Source: Azolla caroliniana (Eukaryota; Plantae; Polypodiophyta). Taken from it: 64,000 nt of DNA. A model generated the notes under the pieces. The model worked only from the letters and a program-made list of their open reading frames with translations. It did no database searches and had not been told where the DNA came from. This document shows positions 48,859 to 62,200 of the stretch, one piece after another; the first letter of the stretch is position 1; every line of letters starts with the position of its first letter. The DNA is taken from contig JBHGNT010000001.1 in the NCBI GenBank assembly GCA_043228905.1, positions 5,828,001 through 5,892,000 on the forward strand. The letters run 5' to 3'. The position numbers and the translations under genes are program-made.

Positions 48859-51360
48859 CGCCTAGAGAAGGGATTCGGTTTCTCGGAGGCTGCTTAGGCT
48901 GCTGCCGTCGTTCGGGTGCGATGTTTGCTGTAACCAGAGGGACTCCTCCGCTACTCTCCGGATTACGTTGGAAAACGAGCAATCCACTCTAGAATTTCCT
49001 GCGCTGCTTGCTGGAAAGCCTCACGTCTCCTTTGCCTTTCGGCAAGGTGTCGAGTTCGATCTGTAACCAAGTCGTGCGTTGATCTAATCATCCATTCGTG
49101 TCGTCGTTCGTTGCAAAAACAGGAATCGTGGTCGCCAAAAACTGTGTTAACTCTTAGGGCCGGACAATGGCCTAACACAGGGTGTCTACGGAAAACACTT
49201 CACCAAAGGGGTGTTACGGCAAGAGGATTAGGCTCAACGATTAATCCGACTTAATTAGGTCACTTATAAAGATCGTCCTTAATAATCACACGCGTAAGAT
49301 ATAACAGTGAATGCAGAACGGCAATTAACACAGAGAGATAAAAACACTAAGTTTCATTAATTATCCGTTGCTCATTACATTGTATCCGGGCCTTTAAATA
49401 GGTTTCCAGTTTGTAGTACAAAACGGTGTCATCCGCACCTGTTCGGGATCGGTCCGGATCCGGAACGGCATACCGATTCCGGTCCGTCCGTCCACACTAA
49501 TAGCTTATTTACAACCATTATTTAATAATTAAATAACTCCTTCGTTTCACAGTCTAGACTCCTATGCCAGCCGGTAATAGCTTTGAGTGGAGGACGGAGC
49601 ACACGGAGTCGGTTCGGAGACTAAAGGAGGCGCTTACGGCAGCGCCGACTCTCCGTAAAGCGGTGTACGGCAAGGACGTTCCCATCTGCCTAACGGTGGA
49701 CACCAGCCCGACCGGGATCGGGTGGGTAATCAGTCATGAGGACAAGGGCGGCGTATGATTCCCGATCCGGTTCGGGGCGAAAGTATTGAGCGAGCGGCAG
49801 CGAGGTTACGCCCAAGTTAAGCGTGAACTTTGGGGTGTCGTTTCGGCAGTCAAGGCCGACAAGGATTATCTGATTGGGATGGAGGTGATTATTGAGACGG
49901 ACTGCCTGCCGATACTTGGCATGGTTTCCGGATGCGCGACGCCGGACCTAGCAATGCTCCGGTGGATAGCGTACATTAAGTCCCTGAACCCGGAGATACA
50001 GCACATCTCCAGAAAGGACAACGCCATGGCCGACATGCTTTCGAGGGCAAGGTTCAACGACGAAGACGGCATGGTTTCGGATGACGAAGAAGTCGGCGAG
50101 GACTTCTTCGGGTCGGCTAACGTAACGACGAGGAAAGGGAACACTCCGGCGTTTAACGAATTTGACGAAAGCAGGTACGGTGGGGAGTGGCTCCAAATTG
50201 GGAGGTTCCTACGGACGATGACGTCGGACGCAGCATGGGCGAGAGAGGAGGCGAGCCGAATACGGAGGAAGGCGTACCGATTCTTCCTGCGGGACGGGTG
50301 CATATGGAAGCACCCAAAGAAGAGAAGCGGCATCCCACTCCGAGTAGTGGCAAAGAAAGAAGAACAGGGGAAACTACTGGCGGTATTCCACGAGAGCCCA
50401 TGGGCCGGACACCGCGGAACGTGGGCCACGTTCGAGATGCTGAAGGAGAAGTACTGGTGGCCGGGGCTATACCAGGACGTGCATCGGTTCGTAACAACTT
50501 GCGAAAGCTGTCAAGTGCACTCCGTAGTCCGACACCGGGACCAGCTACACCCGACCTACCCGCCTACGGTCCATTTCAAGTGGATCGTAGACTTGGTGAC
50601 GATGCCGATGGGGGTAGGACAGATGCGATACATGGTGCTTGCGCGGGAAGACTTAACGAACCAGGTGGAAGGTCGTGCACTGCAAAGCAAGACAACCACG
50701 GCGGTATGCCGGTTCCTGATCGAAGAAGTAGTGTGTCGGTACGGGTGCGTCGGGAGGATCGTGGCGGACCGGGGAGAGCTGGATGCGCGGGAGGACGAGG
50801 AGCTGTTCGATCGGCTACGCGTCAAACTCTCCCTCACCACGGCGTACAATACGGAGGCAAACGGAAAGGTGGAACGTGGGCACAGACCGATTGTAAAGGC
50901 GTTGGTGTGTGCATGCGGTGGGCAGGTCGAGAATTAGCCGCGACTCCTTACGCGTTGTGGGCGGACCGGACTACGCACAGTTCGGTGACAGGGTTTATGC
51001 CGGTGGAGCTAATGTACAGACAAAAGCCGATCATGCCGGTGGAACGAACGATTTCTTCGTGGGCGGCGGTAAATTGGAAGGACGAAATGAGCCGGGAGGA
51101 GTTGCTGGCGGCGCGGATTCGACAACTCGAGCGGAGGCCGGAGGACGTGATACATGCGAAGGAAAGGCTGCGAACGGCAAGGAAACGGAACAAGACCCGG
51201 TTCAACCGGATGCACTGATTGCGACCAAAGAAGATCGAGGAAGGCGACTGGGTCTTGGTATACGACAGCAGCCTCGACAATCAGCACAAAGTGGTGCGAA
51301 AGTTTGCTAGGAGATGGTTCGGGCCCTACATGGTGACGAGCGCGAACGGCTACTGCACGT

Positions 51361-54300
51361 TGTCGTGAAGAAAACTGTCCACAAGCGGAATCGGTGCACT
51401 GGAGCATAGGAACCGGCTCTTCATGCACGTACGCCTTATGTTGTACATAAGAGAGAATTAGGTACATAGAAGATCCTAGGTAGGTAGATTCGGTAGGTAG
51501 GAAGTTAATGGGAAACGGCTCCTTTCTTGCCTATAAGAAGAGGGAGACGAGAAGGAGGAAAGGGATCGACGATAGAGAGGACGAAGTGCTGTCGGGTTGT
51601 CGGCCGAAGGCTTCTCTCTCTTCCAAGCCCCGTAGCTTCTTTCTGTGCAGGTTTCGGGAGGCTCGCGCTTCTCTGAGGAATGCCCGAGCGCTTCCGGTAG
51701 CACCTCCAACCTACTCCTTTCTTTCTGTGCATTTACGAACAGGCATCGGCATCTGTTCGCCGGCCTGTTCAGTTGTAACCGACTTCGTGCTTCTTGTTGT
51801 TTGTCTTTGTTATTATATATATACATACATTCGTGTCTCTCTGTGTCGGTGTCCCACTCGCGTCTTTGTGTCGAAGGGCCGTGTCCCCATGAATCTACGC
51901 TCGCACGTAGTGGGTCCCTTCTCCTTTCTCTCTTGCTTTTCGGTGCAAGACCCCCGAGGTCCCGCCTCATTCCACGCGTCCGCGAGGAATACCTCGACAC
52001 CTTGGTGAACCCGACGTGAAGGAGGCAGCAGAAGAGCAGAAGATGAGGGGGTCGGATCTTGCAGAGGCCATGGCTTCGGCCGTGGATCGGATATTGAGCA
52101 CACGCGAGGGCACCGGCACCCTCGACAGAGCCATTGAGGTGGTTGTCGGTACGATCGGCCGGTTCAGCGGAAAGGATGCCACGAAGTATTTGGCGTCCTA
52201 CGGGGCAGAAATGCTGATGCGGGACATTCCGGAAGAGAGGCGTCTTGCTGGGTTCCCTCGAGTGGCGATGCCGAGCATCCATGCGGAGGTGCTCGAGGTG
52301 CGGGCGGAGAGCCGTACCTGGGAGGAGTTCGAAGGCCGACTCCTAGAAAAATACGGGCTGGACGACGTGCTCCGGCTTTCGAAACGGGACTTCATGGAAT
52401 GGGTGGAGGCCCCCGGCAAGGGAAGAAACGCGTCGGCACTCCTCCGGGAGTTTGAAGAACGCTTTGCGCGCCTTTCGGCGCTTGACCGAACCAGTCTGGA
52501 TACGAGCCGGGTCCTACTGTTCGTCAAGTCGGTGGACGAGCGGGACCGGGATCAAGTCGGCTCCTTGCTGGAAATTGAAGACGGGCTGACCACCGACTGG
52601 GCTACGGTTAAGAGAGTCTGTGGCCGTTTCGACAAACGGCGAGAATGGGCTGATAATGGGGCGGCCGGTGCGGGCTCTATCACAGCAAGGAGGCTTGAAC
52701 CGGCACCGCAAGGGCGAAGGGAAGAGACCCGGCAGTGGCTCGAAACCGGTTCGGCTTCGACCGGCATGGTCAATGGCTCGTCCGGAGGAGTTGACGCGGG
52801 CGATGAAGGATCTCCAGATCACCCAGGCTCGAAGGGAAGGCGACGAACCGGCTCGTGACCGACGGCCGGCAGCAGGGAACAGGTGCATGTGGTGGGACGA
52901 GGTCGGCCACATTCAGAAGGACTGCAGCGATTTCGCAGAGGCGTTGAGGAACCGGGTGGTGTACCTGTGGGAAGGCCGGGTGCACGCCAGTGACACCAGA
53001 AGGGCCCTAAACCGAAACGACGGGCGAGGAGGTAAGAAGAGACTGATGGAAGAGGCAGCGGCCCGACACGTGGAGACCGTCCACTACTCGGCGTCGGCCG
53101 GTATTCGTGTCGGGGACAGCGAGGCCCGAAAGGAGAGCAAAGCCGGATCCTGGTCGGAAATGTTGGAAGGCCTCGCCGGCGCACGACTAAGGAAAGATGA
53201 AGCGGACCGCGCTGAGAGACGGGTCTGGGAAATAACCGGGTGGAGCGACCTGGTCGAGGAGAAGACGGGCTTCGTAGAAGCCGCCTGCCAGAACTACGAG
53301 GCTCTGGTAGAAGACAAACGAGTGGGGAAAGCCGGAGCGGTCGGGCCCTCACAACGATATGAGACCCGATTCGGGCAACGACGGAACGAAGCCGGTGGAT
53401 CCAGCGCACAAGATAACCCCAAGAAGGGCGGATACCGACTGGGGACGGAAATAGAAAGGGCCATGGACCTGCGAAAGGTCCTAGAAGAACGGATCCTCGA
53501 CAGCAAAGTGGAGCTGTCATTGCGGGAGGTGCTAGGGATCGCCAAGAAGGAGTTCCATGACTCCATTGTGGACTTGGTAAAGCGGAAGAGGCTGTCGACG
53601 GAGACAGAACCAAAAAGACCGGTGGAGGTGCGGACGACGCACATCGACGACATGGCGCTGGAAGATGAGTGGGCGGAGAGCCACTATTCGAGGCCACACT
53701 GGGCCCGAGCGACCACGGAGACCCCAGTCAAGATCGGAGATGTTCAGGAACCGGTGGTGGCACTGGTGGACCACGGTTCGGAAATAAACCTGATGTCCAT
53801 GGACTTCTACAAGAAGGGTTTATGGCCGATCAACACCAAGCACGGGTGGAAGATACGGGCGGCGACGCGCGCCACCGAGGAACTGCACGGCGCCTGCCCG
53901 AACGTGCGAGTCAAGATCGGCGACGTCGAGATTGACCAGCACTTCTTCGTGCAGGAGACGTCCTCGCACCCGGTCATATTAGGGGAACCATACATCACGG
54001 CGGCGCGAATGGAGACCAAGGTGTTGGACAACGGTTCGGCCTACGCGAGGGTCAAAAGCCAGGACGGGCGCCATTCGTCCAATTTCTGATGGTGCGGCCG
54101 AACCACGAGCGAAACCGCGAATCCCTCGGTGGCGAGAACCGAGAGAATTTTTAGAGAGGGCTACCAAGGCGTGGGGCCGAGACAGTCCGGACACTCGGGA
54201 AAGACCCCACAGCTGTACGATAGAACCGAAACCGAAGAAACCTTGTACGATAGGTAGAAAATTTTGCTTCTCCAACAACGGAGGGTATATGATAGTCGGC

Positions 54301-57300
54301 ATCGTTGGCCGAGAAAAGGCAAGGGCGGAGGAGCGACTTCGAGCGTGCGGAGTTCTCGGCCCGGACGAGGAAATCAGCGGAGCCGTGGAGGCGGTCTCCT
54401 TCGACGACACCTTGGGGATGCTGAGGAAGGTAGCTGGAGAAGACCTTAACGAAGACCGGACGATACCGGTATGTTCCGAAGAGATGTACGAAGTCATCGC
54501 GAACTTCAGTCAGGGGCTCGGGTCGGATCGGACGGCCCGAGTTAGCACAAAGTACAAGACTGTGGACCGGAAGGTAAGGCCAGTCGCGGCACCCTTACCG
54601 GAGGCCAGTCGCGAGTCCCGAATCAGAGGGGTTGCGTCGAACCCCAGTTTACGAGATCCGTTCTGCATAGGACACACCTTCACCGACGGGACGCTCCGGG
54701 AGCTCAAGATCGGTGGGGGTGGGTTCCTACTGCCGGCGGAGGAAGACCGGTTTCGGAGAATGCTCGGAAGGCACGGGAAAGCCTTCGCATTCTCACCGGA
54801 TGAGATCGGGTGCATAGACCCGACAATCGTGGAGCCGATGGTGATATTCACGGTACCGCATGTGCCGTGGAATCTCAAGTCGATTCCAGTACCGAGAGCT
54901 CACATCCCGAAGTTGATGGAGCTATTGAGGCAGAAAGTCGGTATGGGCATTCTCGAACCGTCGAGTGCCCCATACTCGAACCGATGGTTTACCGTACCAA
55001 AGAAAAACGGAACATTGCGCTTCATTCAAGACCTGGAGCCGGTCAACAGAGTGACCATTCGGAACGCAGGAATCGGACCGACCATAGACGAGTTCGCGGA
55101 GGCCTTTGCCGGAAGGTCGATTTACTCGGTCGGTGATCTGTACTCGGGGTACGACCAGTTCCAGCTAGCCGTGGAGAGCAGAGACATTACGACGATGCGA
55201 ACTCCCCTCGGCCTAGTGCGAATGTGTACCCTACCACAAGGAGGGACCAACTCGGTGGCCCACATGGTGAATGCAATGAACAAGGTACTGAGGGATTGCA
55301 TCCCGGACATCACCTTGCCATTTCTAGACGACATCCCGATCAAAGGGTGGCCGGTGGAAGAGAAGGATGAGACACTCGGGCCGGACGGATGCCGGCGATT
55401 CGTGGCAACACACATCGACGACTACGAGAAGGTGCTACAAAGGTTAGAGGATGCGAGGCTCACTTTCTCCGAGGAGAAATCGGCCTTCGGACAATCAGAA
55501 ATCCTGGTGGTCGCACACCTATGTGCACCATATGGCCGGAAGCCGTCTCCGGAAAAAGTAGAAGCCATCTCCGCGATGAAGACCGACTGTAGCTCGGTTA
55601 CGGAGGTTCGGAGGTTCCTGGGGGCATGCGCATTCTACCACATATGGATCCCACATTACGCCCACGTTACGGAACCACTATACGGGTTGCTGAAGAAGGG
55701 GCGAAAATTCGAGTGGCGAGACGAGCACACGGAGTCGGTCCGGAAGCTGAAGGAAGCTCTTGTGGCAGCACCGGCGCTCCCGAAGGCTGTCTACGAGAAG
55801 GGTACCCCGGTATACATAACGGTGGATACGAGTCCGACCGGGATCGGATGGGTCGTCAACCAAGAAGACGAGGACGGCATTCGGTTCCCGATCCGATTCG
55901 GCGCGAAGGTCCTCAGTGAGCGACAGCGAGGGTACGCCCAGGTTAAACGCGAACTCTGGGGTATCGTTTCGGCAGTAAAGGCCGACAAAGACTACCTGAT
56001 CGGGACAGAAGTGATTATCGAGACGGATTGCCTGCCAATTCTCGGCATGGTTTCCGGATGCGCGACACCGGACCTGGCGATGCACAGGTGGATAGCGTAC
56101 ATCAAGTCCCTAGACCCGGAAATACGACACATTTCCGGAAAGGACAACGCCATGGCCGACATGCTTTCGAGGGCGAGGTTTGATGACGAGGGCGGCATGG
56201 TTTCGGAGGACGAAGAAGTCGGCGTGGACTTCTTCGAGGCAACGTAGGTGACGACCGATGGGACGGGCACTCCGGCGCTTAACGGCTTCGACGTGAGCAA
56301 GTACGACGGCGAGTGGCTACAGATCGGTGGTTTCTTGAGGACAATGACGCCGGATGCGTCATGGACGAGGGACGAGACCAACCGGATCCAGAAGAAAGCA
56401 TATCGATTCTTTCTCCGGGACGGATACTTATGGAAGCACCCGAAGAAGAGGAACGGCGTCCCGCTCCGGGTGGTGGCGATGAAGGAAGAACAGGAGGAGC
56501 TGCTGACGGCCTACCACGACAGCCCTTGGGCTGGACACCGTGGAACGTGGGCCACGTTCGAAAAGATAAAGGGGAAGTACTGGTGGCTGGGACTGTACCG
56601 GGACATGCATCGGTTCGTGACAACTTACGAGAGCTGTCAGATACACTCCATGGTACGACATCGGGACGAGCTTCACCCTACGTACCCTCCAACCATCCAC
56701 TTCAAATGGATGGTAGATCTGGTGACGATGCCGATGGGAGTAGGACAGATGCAGTATCTGGTCCTGGCTCGAGAAGATCTGACGAACCAGGTGGAAGGCC
56801 GAGCCCTTCAGAACAAAACGACCGTGGCCGTATGTCGGTTCCTGATCGAGGACGTGATATGCCGGTACGGGTGCGTCGGGAAGATCGTGGCTGATCGCGG
56901 GGAGTTGGACGCCGAAGAGGCCAAGGAACTGTTCGACCGGCTAGGAGTCAAGCTCTCGCTTACCACTGCGTACAATCCGGAGGCGAATGGGAAGGTGGAG
57001 CGTGGACATGACCGATCATCAAGGCGTTAGTTCGGGCATGCGGAGGTCAAGTCGGGAACTGGTTGCGGCTGCTGCCTTACACGTTGTGGGCGGACCGAAC
57101 TACGCACAGTTCAGTAACCGGATTCATGCCGGCAGAGCTCATGTTTGGGCAGAAGCCGATCATGCCGATGGAACGTACGATCTCCTCATGGGCAACCATG
57201 GACTGGAGAGACGAGATGAGCCGGGAGGAACTGTTGGCGGCGCGCATACGACAGCTCGAGCGAAGACCGGAGGACGTGGAGCAGGCTGCGAGAAAGCTTC

Positions 57301-58362
57301 GGGTGGCAAGGACGAGGAACAAAGCCCGCTTCGACCGAACGCACCGGCTCCGACCGAAGAAGATCAAGGAAGGCGACTGGGTGCTAGTCTACGACAGTAG
57401 CCTCGACCACCAACATCGAGCAACACGGAAGTTCGCAAGAAGGTGGTTCGGGCCTTACGTGGTACAAAGCGCCAACGACAACGGGACATACCATCTGGAG
57501 GAACTCGACGGCACGAGAATGGCGATACTGGTAGCTGGGAAGCGGATCAAAACGTTCAAGAAGCGTCACGACGACGAGCCGGATCCGGTTAACCTGGACC
57601 GCGACGACGAACGATCCGAAACCGAGGAAGAACCGACGGGCGGGGAATAAAGACTGGACCGGTTTTCTCCGTCCCAACTCAATTTGGCGCATGCCAGTGG
57701 ATGCGCGGTTAGGTGGGGGCGGATGTCGTGAAGAAAACCGTCCACAAGCGGAATCGGTGCACCGGAGCATAGGAACCGACTCTTCATGCACGTACGCCTT
57801 ATGTTGTACATAAGAGAGAATTAGGTACATAGAAGATCCTAGGTAGGTAGATTCGGTAGGTAGGAAGTTAATGGGAAATGGCTCCTTTCTTGCCTATAAG
57901 AAGAGGGAGACGAGAAGGAGGAAAGGGATCGACGATAGAGAGGACGAAGTGCTGTCGGGTTGTCGGCCGAAGGCTTCTCTCTCTTCCAAGCCCCGTAGCT
58001 TCTTTCTGTGCAAGTTTCGGGAGGCTCGCGCTGCTCTGAGGAATGCCCGAGCGCTTCCGGCAGCACCTCCAACCTACTCCTTTCTTTCTGTGCGTTTACG
58101 AACAGGCATCGGCATCTGCTCGCCGGCCTGTTCAGTTGTAACCGACTTCGTGCTTCTTGTTGTTTGTCTTTGTTATTATATATATACATACATTCATGTC
58201 TCTCTGTGTCGGTGTCCCACTCGCGTCTTTGTGTCGAAGGGCCGTGTCCCCGTGAATCTACGCTCGCACGTAGTGGGTCCCTTCTCCTTTCTCTCTTGCT
58301 TTTCGGTGCAAGACCCCCGAGGTCCCGCCTCATTCCACGCGTCCGCGAGGAATACCTCAACA
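51361..58362 (+). mobile_element. Family A copy A5: structurally complete and the youngest A copy
   Basis: 639-bp LTRs 51361-51999 and 57724-58362 (12 substitutions); 4-bp TSD ACGT; PBS at 52003; PPT AGGTGGGGGCGGA; gag-pro 52043-54153 and pol to 57650 with a few lesions. Confidence 0.95.
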
Positions 58363-59211
58363 ACGTACCACCTCGCGGAACTCGACGGGACACGGTTAGC
58401 GGTGCCCGTGGCCGGAAAGCGGATCAAAGCTTTCAAAAAGCGGTTCGAAGACGAGCCGGAGCCTGCAAGCGGGAGCGACAACGACGATCAGTTCGGGTCC
58501 GGCGAAGAATCGGAGAGCAACGAGTGAGGCCGGGTTTCTTCGATATCTACCCGTCTCTGGCGCATACCGGTGGATGCGCGGTTTGGTGGGGGTGGATGTC
58601 ATGAAGAAAACCGGCCATAGGCAGAATCAGAGAGAAAGCGCGTAAACCGGCCCTTACACGAATGGACGCGTGACTTGATATTTTGCACACGAACCGGTGG
58701 ACGTAAATACTAAGCCGCACGCATTTATTAGGGGGGGATTGTGCGTATCCCGGTCAGAGGGACAGGGAATAAAGGGAGGAGGACAAGGGAAAACGAGCAT
58801 CGCGTGCGAGGAGGAAGAAAAGCGTTGCTGCAGAACGAAAGAGGGAGCTCTCTCTCTTGGACGCGAATCGTCGCTCTCTGCGGGTGTCGGGAGGTCGCTG
58901 CCTCTGCTTCGTGGACAGCCCGTGTGCTTCCAACAGAGTCGCTCCCTTTCCCTTTTTGTTTCTTTGAGTCGTGCATCTATCGTCGGTGTGCATGAGTAGG
59001 GTCCCCGTGTCGAGTCCGTCGCCGCTTTGTCGGTTGTAACTGTCGGTGTTTGTAATCTCTGTCATTATAATTAAGTGTTACGTTCTATATCTCTCTTTCT
59101 AGCTCCTACGTGTCGGTGAATCTCTCTCTCTGTCTCTCTGTCTCTCGCTCCTCGGTCCAAGACCCCCGTGGTCCCGCCCCTGTCTACACGTACGCGCGTA
59201 ACCACGCGACA

Positions 59212-62200
59212 ACGGCTCTTGAGGAACTGACACAAATGGTGCGCGACCTACAAATCGCGCAAGCCCGGAGAGACAGTGGAGGGCAACCACGCGACCGAAG
59301 GCCACCGGCTGGACAGCGGTGTATGTGGCGTGACATGGTCGGACACAGCCAGCGAGACTGTGTGGAGTTTGCCAAAGCCCTCAGGGGTAATGTGGTGTAC
59401 CTATGGAACGGATAGGTGCACATTGGTAGCAGCGGAGGCACGCCATGTGGAGGCCGTCCATTATTCAGCATCGGCCGGAATCCGAGTGGGAGGTGACGAA
59501 GACTGGAAAACGAAGGACTTTTGCTTCTGGCCCTTGGTGCTACAAGGCCTCTTCAGCGCACGACTAAAGAGGGAGGAAGCAAGTCGCGCAGAGCAGCAGG
59601 TCCGGGAGGTCACTGGATGGGATGATCCGGTTGAGGAGAAGAGCCGTCTCGTGGAAACCGTGTGCCAAAACTACAAGGTTCTGGTAGAAGACAAGCGCGC
59701 GAGAAAGGCCGGAGGTGCCGGGCCCTCATAGCGGTACGAGACCCGGTTCGGGCAAAAGCAAAATGATGCCGGTAACCCCGGTGCACCGGACAAAACTAAG
59801 CGGGCCGGTTATCGGCTGAGCACGGAGATTGAGAGGTCAACGGACCTGCAAAAAGTCTTCGAAGAACGGATCCTCGACAACAAGGTGGAGTTGTCAGTAA
59901 GGGAGGTTCTCGGGATCACCAAGAAGGAGTTCCACGATTCCATCGTGGACTTGGTGAAGCGGAAACGGCTCTCGACAGAGCCGAAGCCAGAGCCGGAGAA
60001 GAGGTACGGACGACACACTTAGAAGACATGGGCCTAGAGGACGAGTTGGCGAACAACCACTATTCGAAGTTGCATTGGGCCAGAGCCACTACGGAGACCC
60101 CTATTCGGATTGGGGACGTTCCGGAGCCGATGGTGGCATTGATAGACCATAGATCCAAAATCAACATGATGTCCATGGATTTCTATAAGAAAGGGAAATG
60201 GCTGATCAACACCAAGCACAGGTGGAAGATACACGCGGTGGAGGAGCTGCACGGTGCGTGCCCAAATGTACGTGTAAAGATCAGCGACATCGAGATAGAT
60301 CAACACTTCTTTTTGTGGAGGAGACATCCTCGCAGTCGGTGATACTCGGCGAGCCGTACATTACGGCGGCATGTATGGAGACAAGGGTGCTGGATAACGG
60401 TTCGGCATACGTGCGCGTAAAGAGCGAAGATGGACGACACTTCGTCCAATTCTTGACTGTGCGACCGAACCATGAGCAGAACCGGGAAACCCTCGACAAC
60501 GACGAATGAGGGGATTTTTGGAGAGGGTTATCAAGGCGTGGGGCCGCAATAGTCCGGACATCCCGGAGGATCCCCACACCTGTACCATAGGTAGGAAGTT
60601 TTGGTTCTCTGATAACGGAGGTTGTACGATAGCCGTCATCATTGGCCGGGAGAAGAAGCGGGTACAGGAACGACTCATGACATGCGGAGTCCTCGACCCC
60701 GAAGAGGAAATTAGTGGCGCCATGGAGGCGGTCTCTTTCGACGACACCCTTTGGGAAATCAGGAAGGTGATCGAAGAAGGCCTCAGTAAAGATCGGATGA
60801 TTCTGGTTAACTTGGTGGGAATGTATGAAGTCATTGTCGATTTCGGGGAAAGGGTCAGGTCGGATCGGACGGCCTACGTGGATACAAGGTACAAGACTGT
60901 GGACCGGAAGGTGAGGCTAGTCGCGACACCCTTGCCAGAGGGCAACAAGGAACGAATAAAAGGGGTCACCGAGGACCCTAGTTTGCGGAATCCGGTCGGC
61001 ATAGGACACCAGTTCACCGACATAACGCTACAAGAGCTCAACGTCGGTGGGGGTGGCTTCCTATTGCTGGCGGAGGAGGAGAGGTTTCGGGTAATGCTCG
61101 GGAGGCACGGGAAGGCCTTTGCATTCACGCCGGGGCGTGAACCCGACGATCGTGGAACCAATGGTGACCTTCACGGTACCGCATGTGCCGTGGAATCTCA
61201 AGCCAATTCCAGTACCTAGAGCTCACATCCCGGAGCTGGTAAAACTGCTTAAACCGAAGTTGGAGATGGGCATCCTCGAGCCGTCGAGTGCCCCGTATTC
61301 GAACCGGTGGTTTACAGTGCCAAAGAAGAACAGCACGCTGCGTTTCCTTCAGGACCTGCAACCGGTCAATAAAGTGACCATTCAAAATGCAGGTATCGGG
61401 CTGACCATAGGTCGATCTATTCGATCGGGGATCTATACTCGGGGTACGACTAGTTCCAACTAGCCGTGGAGAGCAGGGATAGTACGACGATGTGGACACC
61501 TCTCGGCCTAGTGTGGATGTGTACCTGGCCACAAGGAGGGACCAACTCGGTGGCGCACATGGTGAACGCTATGAACAAAGTGTTAAGGAACTGCATCCCA
61601 GACATCACCATGCCGTTTTTGGACAATATACCGATAAAGGGATGTCCGATGGAAGATAAGGATGAGTCGGTTGCACTGGACGGTTGCCATAGGTTTGTTG
61701 CGGACCACATCAAAGACTGCGAGAAGGTCCTACAAAGGCTTGAGAGCGCACGGCTCACCTTCTCCGGAGAGAAGTCATCTTTCGGGCAATCGAAGATCCT
61801 GGTCGTCGGACACCTATGAGGGCCTTACGGCCGGAAACCATCTCCCGCGAAGGTGGAGGCCATCTCTGCGATGAAGGACGACGACAGGTCATTTACGGAG
61901 GTCTAAAGGTTCTTGGGGGCATGCGCGTTCTATCACATCTGGATTCCGCACTACGCACACATCGCGGAGCCACTCTACGGGCTACTAAAAAAGGGGCGTA
62001 AATTCGAATGGGGCAAGGAGCATACGGAGTCGATCCAGAGACTGAAGGAGGCGCTTACTGCGGCACCGGCTCTCCGGAAAGCGGTTTACGGCAAGGAGGT
62101 CCCAATCTACGTAACCGTAGATACGAGCCCGACCAGGATAAGATGGGTGATCAATCAGTTGGACGAGAGCGGCACGCGGTTCCGATCCAGTTCGGGGCGA

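Larger units (their letters stand above)
39695..49579 (-). mobile_element. Family D: Athila/Tat-superclade Ty3/gypsy element with an extra 3' ORF
   Basis: LTRs 39695-40127 and 49145-49579 (about 25 differences); TSD GCTTT; PBS TGGCGACCAC (plus strand 49128-49137, tRNA-Arg-like); RT PLPFTD..YSFLDGFNGYNQI; RH NYSTTERE; IN KWGLDFVG, YYPQANG. Confidence 0.93.
36325..59211 (+). mobile_element. Family A copy A4: 5'-truncated, split by D and A5; 3' LTR 58597-59211
   Basis: Segments 36325-39694, 49580-51360 and 58363-59211 rejoin into a collinear gag-pol once the insertions are removed. Confidence 0.88.

Noticed and set aside
50187-51218. Long alternative-frame and antisense ORFs over family A pol and LTRs
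   Set aside because: Shadows of GC-rich coding sequence with no recognisable domains.
20894-59215. ACGG at 20894 and 59212 as one TSD joining A1 and A6
   Set aside because: About 200 nt of gag is missing between the two points and the adjacent LTRs belong to different families; a shared target preference explains the match.
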